This document shows positions 54,029 to 64,000 of a stretch of 64,000 nucleotides of DNA, in pieces. Origin of the DNA: Carcharhinus longimanus (lineage: Eukaryota). The translations under genes were made by a program, and so were the position numbers. The notes below the pieces were generated by a model. The model did no database searches and was not told the origin of the DNA. It saw nothing but the letters and a program-made list of their open reading frames with translations. Location of the stretch: NCBI GenBank assembly GCA_030264375.1, contig JASCQW010000001.1, forward strand, positions 114,812,252-114,876,251, given 5' to 3'. Every line of letters begins with the position of its first letter. Position 1 is the first letter of the stretch.

Positions 54029-55799
54029 TTTATTCAGCTTTAGTGAAATGGTAAACACGGAGGTTGAGATACTGAGAGCGGGAAGTGTCAGAACCCCCGT
54101 GTCAGTACAAATCCCCCCTTATTAGCCTCGTCACCAGTATTCACGAGTCAGGTTAATCAGGCAAGGAGCTTTCCGACTTTAGATTTTGCAGCTGGAAGCG
54201 AACCTGTTTTGCTTATTGAATCAAACACGTTTGAAGAGCTGCCACTGGGCCAGATCTAAGATGCCGCCTTCACATCTGTTTTGTTCGCAGCCCTTGCCTC
54301 CGTCAAATTGAAAATAATTCGAACAACCGGCATTGTCGGGAATCAAAAATGTTTCCTTTTTTTGCTGGAGAATTGAAACCGGGTGTTTAAAATTACCAGG
54401 CTGAAAGATATTTTTAAAAGTCTCATACTGCAAGCAAAATAAACACAAATTTTATATGATTTCTTTTTCCTGGCGGTAATAAAATCTGTTTAAAACTACA
54501 ACTTGGTAACTAGGCATTATTTATTCGATGTATTCGGCGCTTCCACGTCGTTCACTTTCTTTAAGTCTATTGTAAATATTAGCAAAAGAGTAAAGACGCA
54601 AACTGGAAATTAAATAGCATGCTGGAGACCTGAAATGCAAACTCAAAATGTTACCAACACATCGCAGACTGTTCAGCTCTGGAATGAGATATTCTATCAA
54701 AGGTGAAACTAGAAACGTTAACCTATCTCTGTCCTTCAGATACTAACCAACCTGCTGTGTGTTTCCAAGATCTTTATAAATAAAACCTAACCATTTAATC
54801 TTACTCGTTACACTCTAAATCGCCCTAGTTATGGAGAATAATGGGGCTGCTTAACGCTGAACCTTTGAATTAATATTGCCCTTGTATGACAAGCCATGCG
54901 TGGAATCAAACTTAGAACTTCAATGCAAACTACGAAAGTATAATAATTTGAATTGTAGATACATATATATACTTAGTTTCTTCTTGTTTTGCGAATGGTT
55001 GCTAATATTACTTCGCGATGAAGATGTAATGTAATTCAGATCTGTGAATTAACAAATTATTACAATTGCAGGTGCAAATCAATGTCAATATTAATAACAT
55101 GTCGAGAAAACACCTAAATACTGCACATATTTTCCAAAGGAAAAGCAAATGATTACAACGTACCAACCAGGATGCATATTTTCCAAATTAGTGACGATTC
55201 AAAATTTTAAAAAAGTCTTTATTGATGTTGCCAATCTATGCTCTACCAAACACTGAATACAAATCAATTAATCGGCAACTTCCTCAAGTAGTAAGAGGGT
55301 GGTCGAAAAGATAGCTTCCCCTCGGACTGCTCTTTTATTCAAATAGGTCCTCTGAAAGTACATTGCCCATTCAAAAAGAGTGAGTGTGTTTACTGTGTGC
55401 TTGGCATGGGCAATAATTAAGAACTGGAGCAAATTGGCTCATTTGTACGGAACAATTTTTTTTTCAAAAAGCAGTGATGGGGACACGATTAGGCAGCATA
55501 CGAAGAGAAATAAGCAATATTTGTGTTTAGTACATGAAGCAAGCAGGGCGACTACCGTGAACTGGTGTTGTTAATCTGGGGTGAGATTATGTTCCATAAC
55601 CAAGGAATATTAAAAAAGTGGCATTGGAAAAAATCAGTTGTGTAACTTAATAGTGAATCTGAACAACAAGGTTTGAAGATAGGTTTAAATAAGGGGGCTG
55701 AAGACAGACTGAGAATGTGTATAATTTGAGGGTTATAAATCACTCAGGCTGCTTTCTCTGCCTCGCTCCCTCCTCACTGAGTGAAGGGACAGGACTCCA

Positions 55800-56444
55800 G
55801 GTGCATTCTGGGCCCTGCCACCCCCGCGCGCCCCCGCGCGCCCGTGACGTCACAGACGCAGAGAGGGGCGGGCCCCGTCTCCACCTCACTGATTGGTATA
55901 GTGACGCGCGGGGATTCGGCGGCGGCCCCGCCCCCCGGCGCTGTTGACGGGCCGGCAGTCCGCGTCACTCAGTCTGAGTGACAGCCGGGGGGCGGAGGCT
56001 GGCCAGGAGGAGGAACTGCCGAGGTTATCAGAGGCGGCTCCGCTCTTAAAGCCACTGGTGAAACAGGGAGCGCGTTTTGCGGCAGGAGCAGCGGCAGTCC
56101 GGGGATCCTTATCTGCAGTTACCTATCCCTGTCACTCGGACGCACACATACACAGTGTCAGCCCGGAATCATTCATTCATTGTCACCCCCTCAGTCTGCT
56201 TCTTCTCCTCCTCTGGCACACTTTCATCCCTGCACGGGCTTTCTAATGAAGAGAGCAGCACGAATGCGCAATTTAAAGAAGATTTGTGCAACTATCTATT
56301 GAAGATTTGTGCACGACAGTTCCTGGATCACCACACCCCTAGATCATTGCATTCCCCTTTGGACTTCTCTCTCAGTGTGAGGTGGGCTGCGAGAAATTTA
56401 ATCCTCTTTGGAACATCGCACCGGCTGCTTGTATTTGTTTATAG
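55800..56444 (+). promoter_or_regulatory. pitx2: pitx2c CpG-island promoter and 5' UTR
   Basis: Very GC/CpG-rich at 55810-56110. (CCCCCGCGCG)x2, CRE TGACGTCA (55845-55852), GC box GGGGCGGG (55865), inverted CCAAT (55892). It directly precedes the c-specific ATG. Confidence 0.85.
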
Positions 56445-56628
56445 ATGAACAGTGCAAAAGACCCGTTGACTTTGGACCACCCTAGAAACAGCAGCAGCGG
56501 CAATAAATTGGTGCGGGATCAGGCAGCATTAGCCATGGCTTCGGGTTTGCAACCGGTACGAACGAGCGAGCCCAAGCACCGGCTCGAGGTTCACACTTTA
56601 TCGGACACCTCCAGTCCTGACACGGGAG
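56445..56628 (+). CDS. pitx2: PITX2C-specific first coding exon (184 nt, phase 1)
   Basis: MNSAKDPLTLDH...LAMASGL...KHRLEVHTLSDTSSPDTG resembles human MNCMKGPLHLEH...LAMASVL...KHRLEVHTISDTSSPEAA. Donor GAG|GTAAGG. The spliced CDS is 954 nt, 317 aa. Confidence 0.96.
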
Positions 56629-57322
56629 GTAAGGCCTTTTCCATCCATATAACGCCGCATCGATTTCACTCCAATCGGACATAGTGCCACTTCCTTATTT
56701 TATGGCATAACTTTACTGCGTCTCAAGACAAAAATGCAGTGCGTTTTGACATCAGCGATCATTTTATTACTCACTTTGTACGATATGATATATTCAGTGT
56801 TTCACATGTCTGCAAATTGCACCGTTCCTGACTTATATCTTTGAGCGAGTGCAATGAAATTCTATGCGAATTATTGTTTAGTATAATAATAGAACGGGGT
56901 ATTAAATATTCATTTATTTATTACAGTCTAAAATGGGTCTGTTCGTACTTTAATCGTTATGGGCAAGGAAATATGTACATTTGCCAATGAAGTGAGTAGC
57001 TTGTTTGCATTTTATAGACTAAGAAAACGCGCTGAGTATACATTCAGGGGTGGAAATAATTTATACATATCATTTCTGTTTCTGCATCAGAGTAGGTGCT
57101 TTATAACTCTGCAAATATACAAATTGAATATATGAAGCAATGCGCAAAAATAAGCTATTGTCATTTAAAAGTGAACCAGGGCATTTAATTTAGTCATTTA
57201 ATCGTGAGGTGCTACGATTTAAACCCGCAATATCGCTGTGCTTGTGCACTTAAAGGTACTTTTAGGATGCACAATGTCTAGTTCGTTGTTTCTGGTTGGA
57301 CTTACCTTTCTCAGGTGTGTGA

Positions 57323-57604
<282 letters not shown>

Positions 57605-58019
57605 TAATGCTTTTCAGTTGCATCCCCTTCACTATTAGCAGCAACATTTCTGTGCTAATTTTGCATCGTCAGTAATTTTTGAAGACAAAACCTGAATCAA
57701 ACTACAGCAGCGATTTTATGGGGACTTGATCATTAATGTAATTCGACGCATTAATAACTTCCTTGAATTATTTACCTTAGGCAAGATAGACTCCACAATA
57801 GCTTGTCACAATCGCATATTCCTGCTATCTCTTTGCAGCATCCATTAAATAGGGAGATAAGAAACATTTGAACCTACATTACAATATTGTCCAGTGTAAA
57901 AGTCGGCCATAATGTTGTTCTTTCGAAATTAAAGTGCAATATTTATTTCACTTTGGAATACGGTGCAAACTTGCTAAATAGCGCTTAACAATAGTTTGTC
58001 AATGTAGGACACCAGTTGT

Positions 58020-58200
58020 GTAAACAATGCTGTGTAACAGGCCATTGTGATATTTGTCTGAGATTACATCCCAATACACAAATGTGGCTGCGTGCTGAGA
58101 AGTCTCGCTGCCTGAATGTGGATTCCGACAACTGTGAAAAAAGAGGTCTTTCCTTAAGATTGACGTGATTCATTAGGCTTCACTTAGTGCCTCGAATGGT
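58020..58200. promoter_or_regulatory. Candidate asymmetric enhancer (ASE) in the last intron
   Basis: FoxH1 sites AATACACA (58073-58080) and TGTGGATT (58117-58124), Smad-type GTCT motifs nearby, and Nkx2-like CACTTAG (58181). The known vertebrate Pitx2 ASE lies in this intron. Confidence 0.7.
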
Positions 58201-59447
58201 ACATAGATAGATAGTCTGAGAAGCTATTCCAGTCTTTCTTAGCTGATCCCTGATTGACCAATAGAAAGGCAACATAGATTGATGAATGGATGGAACTTTG
58301 TTATTGGTATCCCAATCATTTATGATTCGCAGCTCCGTGGAGACCCATGAAATTCCTGTGTTACACAGGATCTCTATTAACGAAGTCACACTGCTGTTCC
58401 TGTATGTGTGACTTCAAAACAGGTATTGTATTGCGCAATCCAATTGTTTATCTGGCTATACCGTGAACAATAAAAGTAGGCTATGTGCATGTTTGTAAAA
58501 AACGTATTGAGTCAACTTCCAATACATTCCCAACGGTGCACTTCTTTTCTTTCTCGGAAAAATACACTCCTGAAGAACAATGTGTTTCCGTTTGGCGTGT
58601 GTTTCCGAACGCAAAAATTCATCCTTCAACACATAGCGAGTGGAATTTTACTCATTTGCTTTCACATTGCACTTTCTGTCCTTACTCTGCTACGTCTGAA
58701 TTATTAATTCACTAAACCTTCCAGATGACAAACAAGTGAGAAGCAGCAGGCCTCCAGGTCACAGCATTCACAATCGATTATATTGCAGCTACCCAGTTAA
58801 GACATACTCGTGGAATTGTTTCAGATAACCATATTTTGGATTCACGTGTGTCACCCTGTTTAGTTCACTTCGCATTCATTTGGGCTTGCCTTTTACACAC
58901 GGAAACAGAGTCAACGATAAAGCACGTTGAAGGGCCAGTTTTCCAATAAAGACAAAATCATGGCAGCGTTTTCGTGATGCTGTGTGCTTTCGAAAAGCTG
59001 ATGAGATGTGTTAATAAATCTCTCCGTGCTTCTTAATAGTACACCTGAAACAAATGTTAAGGGTCGCCTGAAGGTGTTATTGAATAACATCATTTTTAAA
59101 GTTGTTGAGTTATTTATTCGGAAATTCAGTAATTAAATATCCCATTTAAATTAATGATATGGTTTAAGGTTTTTTTGCATAACTTATGTTTCTCAGTTAA
59201 GGATTCAATGGGTTAGTCTTGTTGTATATTTGTAATAAAGGACCCATTACCTATTTCTATATCCGTTACACCAAATACTTGTGACTTTCCTCGGTGATTG
59301 AAAAACCACAGATCTATCTGACTGATTTATTGGGTCCCAAAAGGACAAGCTGATGTTTGCTGGAGCTGAATTCGAACTGGACCCATTTCATGTGTGTTAT
59401 ATCTGTTATATTTGAAATGTACAGATGGTTTAGACGTGTGCTGATGA

Positions 59448-60080
<633 letters not shown>

Positions 60081-60620
60081 AAGATAAGAGGACACTTCTC
60101 AGACTGATGAACTCCAAGAAATAATTTAAAATATAATGGGCACTACAGATGAAACCACTGAACCTGTGTAGCTAAACCCCACAGAGCCGACTTTCTAATT
60201 TAAGGGAAAACGCGCAAGTGATATTTCCTCCCTTGACACCCCGTTTGCAAATATTTTTCATCAGATAAAGGGACGTTTGATGGTTAAAAGAAATACGCTG
60301 ATTATTTGACTGGATATCACCTTTATTAATACTATATAAGCTTGTTATTTTTAAGTTCAGCATTGTGATAATAAAAAAAATGTTTGGCGGAACGGATGTG
60401 TATATATCGAAATGTCAAATTAATTTTATAAAAGCAATTGTTAGTTAATATCACGCCAGTGTTTTTGAAGTTACATAAAAAAAGCATGTCACGCGGAAGC
60501 TTGAAGGATTATTTCCGCTTAAAAGCGAGAGAATGTATATACTAACTGCAACACCTGTATGTTTCTAACACTATTATTAATTATTATTATTAAAAGTCTG
60601 TGTGGATATCAGTTTTAAGA
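60081..60620 (+). other. pitx2: pitx2 AU-rich 3' UTR with candidate poly(A) signals
   Basis: AATAAA at 60370-60375 and ATTAAA at 60589-60594 after a (TTA)n tract. The true end is not determinable. Confidence 0.6.
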
Positions 60621-63600
60621 CTAGTACCTCTGGTTGTAAGATTCAGTGATGTTCTGGAAAAAAACATTCATGTACAACTTATTCTGTGTATAAAATTGGT
60701 TACGGCATTACGCGTTTATTTTGCAAGTCAAACGTGTGCACACCTGGGACGAAAAAATATACCATGAAATCATTTTGTCTAACTGGATCGTTTTTGTATC
60801 GAAATATTTAATCCACTGAAGTGCAATTTCTCAAAAAAGATGTATACAAACTTAACATAAAGGATTACCCACCTACGCTCCACTCCACACAGTCCTGACA
60901 CGAAAAATGAATCCTTATTTTTAACACTGTAGCAGCCCCATCACTAACATGCCTATCTCATTCCCATCCCTGGAGTGTTCGCTTGCTTCAGAAGTCGATT
61001 GCGCTGAGTTCGAGAAACCCGGGCATTTTTACTTCAGAAAGCAAAACAACCAACTGAAAATCAGGCTGTCCGGTCAATCTGCTGCCGGACAATATTCTAA
61101 GATTTAACGCATCATTGAAACACGTCAGTATAGAGCGCTGTATAAATTGATGGCGAATGAAGATGATCAGCGCGGCGAGGTTAGCTAGATTAAAAATAAT
61201 GCAATAATGTCGCTGAAGGTTACGTTCGGACTGATTCCCAAATAATTGCTGTTCAAACAGGCGGATTGTTTTGTAGAAGGTAGGCAATGTGTGCAGATCG
61301 TAACTAATACCAGGCTTTCTCTCCGTTTTGTAACAGATTTGGGGGTAAGAGGCATTTTTCAGAACCACAGGTTCAAAGGTCATATTACATTTCAGACGAC
61401 TTTATTAGGCTTTTGTTACCTTATTAAAGGTCAGACAGTTTGTGTTTGGTTATTAATAATGTTGATCCAGCATCCTCATGTGTGGGGCCTGTTTGCACAT
61501 TAAATCATACAGGATTATGTCGTGTAGAGTGCATAATGAGAGTGCAAATGAAGATAAATTATACATCGCCCGCCCAACCCCTTCCTCGTCTTCTGAAGGT
61601 ACCAAAACCTTCCTTGGGTACCATTCAACAGTGGCCGGGCAGCNNNNNNNNNNNNNNNNNNNNNNNNNNNNNNNNNNNNNNNNNNNNNNNNNNNNNNNNN
61701 NNNNNNNNNNNNNNNNNNNNNNNNNNNNNNNNNNNNNNNNNNNGGGGGGATGGTGGTTAGGGCTTTCTATACCAAGCATAAAAAGACAATGCATTTTTTT
61801 TGCTGATAAAGAATAGAACGTGAAAGGAAGTGTTTTTTATCGACTTCACAAGATGTTCTGAAAAATCAAAAGTTTGGAAAGTGAAAAGCTTCCTTTCGAA
61901 GTCTGCACTGAAACAGCAACCTCCCATAGGTAGACGTGTGAACTTTATGACACCACTTAAGACTGAGATCAAAGATTATTTTAACGTTTTATGAAAGATT
62001 GTATATTGACTCTCCATAGCGCCATGACATTAATGGAGAGCAAAGACAAAGGGGCTAGTTGAAATCACCTTCCAGTGTAGTTTTCACCAGCACTGACGCA
62101 GACAGTTTTGTGGATTGGGAGATCTTTGCCATTCAAACCCCTGGGGAAGATTATGCAACGCTAATTTACTCAAGCGCTTGCAAAAAAAATCAACGTGCGC
62201 TTTTATGAGGTGCCTTCAGACACACAGCCAAAGTATTAAGGAGCGAGATCCGAAGCAAAAGCCGGATTGCAGGCTTATTATCTACCTCAGCTTCGGTCAT
62301 ATATTAAGTACATTATATCTGTATGATCCAAGTCAGTAATCAGACTAAAATGGCAGGCAGGCGGCAGGAACTTTCTACTCTGTTCAAATCTAAATGTTCA
62401 GAGAGTCTGTGAGGAGAGTTCAGAAAGAAAATGACCAAACCTGGCAACAACTCGACTGGAAAAAAAAAACGGGATTCGGATATTAATCAACGAGATGGAT
62501 TGAATAAAAGTTTGAAGAGGAATGTGGAAAGTTTAGAATATTGTTTCTATTTTTGGCGCCACGTTGTCCTGCCAGTTTACGTTCGCACAGCAGAGAAACG
62601 CGTGCGTTCAAGTCGAATGGAGCCCGCTGTTGGGATTTTTGACTTTTTAAGGCTATGGTGTAAGTAAATTCAATTACGCTTCCCAAATTATATTTATCAC
62701 GGACAATTTGGACGGTTTCCTGAACGCCCCGTGTAATTCAGACATCTTTCTGCTCCCACTGGCTGTTCTTCCGCGGGTAAGAAGGAAATTAAATGAATAA
62801 TAAAAGGCAGTTGGAATATGTCGGGGAGGGAGCGGGGCACCTTTTTCTCCGTGGACACGCTCACGATTTGGTGGGCAGTTTTCCGTTTATTCAGAAGTTA
62901 AATGACCAGTTTACCGATTACTCCTGTCTGTACAATATCTAAAGGAATTGATTAAAATAATCATGCAAAAAGCATAAATCGATGTCTGATTAACAAACGC
63001 TTTAAAATCGATCCCCTTTTATTTTTTTCTCAAACAGACGCAAGATTTGGCGAAGCTACACATGGCTGTGTTTTTAAATCACTGTTCCGCTTATCTCCTT
63101 TACCTCTGAGTGGAATTAGTACCCGTTTGGTATGTTTCAAGATGGAAGAAAGCAGGCATTAATGTTTGATTTTGTGTTGATTCATTTTCCTTTCCGCTGC
63201 TATTTCCATATGTCTGATCAAATCTGCAGCTCGCCACCCCGCCATTCTCTTGTTGCTTGTATCTCCACCCTGGAGGTGACTGAAGGGCGAGGTTTGAAAG
63301 GCCACTCACCCTCCACTGTCGCTCTCGGTGGGGGGAACGAACAATGGTGTCTGGGTTTGGGGCAACCCAATACACATCCCAATCCACATCGAGCCTGATC
63401 TTGTCTTCCCAGTCCAGTCTGATTTCACACACTGCCGCTAATCTGCTGCAGACAGCACTAAACAAACGGCACTCGGTGAGTTTGAGGACAACACGGGGCA
63501 GAAGTAAGTATCTTCATTCTGGCTTTGTCGCCTTTTGTTTTCGATCCGACTCTATCCATTGGCTGTTTTAAAACAACCTCTGATGGCTTGGGGAGGTAAG

Positions 63601-64000
63601 TTGCTGGTAGGGATTTTGTTCGGCTCACATACTCCGTTTAAAATGGACTCCGATAAGGATTTATTTCCACAGGAATGGACGTTACAACTCTTCCACCTGT
63701 AGGGAAAGGATTCTGGAATAGTAGCAGCTGGAATTTTTCCCCTCCATATTAGTCTCCGTGGAGGCTGGCAAGGGTCACTTTTGTCGATCATAGACCATTA
63801 CAATCGTATATCTCTATAAATGACAGCATGCCGCTCCGCCGATGGAAACCTCCTCCCTCTGCCAATGTGGCATTTTCCTGGAAAAGTCGAAGGAGAAAGA
63901 GGGCACGGCTTTGCATTAGCTGGCGTTTTACTGAACCTTCCAGCAAGGGCCAGATGACTAGTCATGGCCACCTCACCCGCTCCAGGGATATAACCCTTCA

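Noticed and set aside
57300-57322. Alternative + acceptor at 57314 and a perfect antisense donor at 57300-57308
   Set aside because: The acceptor leads to an immediate in-frame TGA, and the antisense donor has no supporting exon or promoter context.
60100-60125. CTGATGA...GAAA hammerhead-like string in the 3' UTR
   Set aside because: No stem II or flanking helices can be formed.

Overview
Eukaryotic genomic DNA from a cartilaginous fish, most likely a shark, judged from HE1-type and Deu-domain SINEs, CR1/L2 LINEs and a gnathostome-type PITX2. The right part holds a complete + strand pitx2 locus. It has the distal a/b first coding exon (MDANCRKHCVEL, 45951-45987), the b-specific cassette exon (47160-47294), the c-specific exon with its own CpG-island promoter (56445-56628), and two shared homeobox/OAR exons (57387-57592, 59517-60080). 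The predicted proteins are Pitx2c of 317 aa and Pitx2b of 313 aa. The first ~36 kb is CpG-poor and full of decayed transposons (CR1, L2, Harbinger, hAT-Charlie, SINEs) and contains five of the six 100-N gaps. From ~36.2 kb to the end the DNA keeps its CpGs and is TE-poor. Best leads: (1) the canonical Pitx2a splice creates a TAA stop exactly at the junction, so b looks like the only productive distal isoform unless an internal GTAAGC donor is used. (2) An unannotated CpG-island promoter at ~36.5 kb has strong minus-strand splice signals, suggesting a divergent spliced transcript. (3) There are FoxH1 site pairs in the last intron (the expected ASE) and again 3.3 kb downstream. (4) A same-strand cluster of K50-homeodomain TAATCC sites lies in the long intron. 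All calls were made by eye, with no database search; repeat boundaries are approximate.
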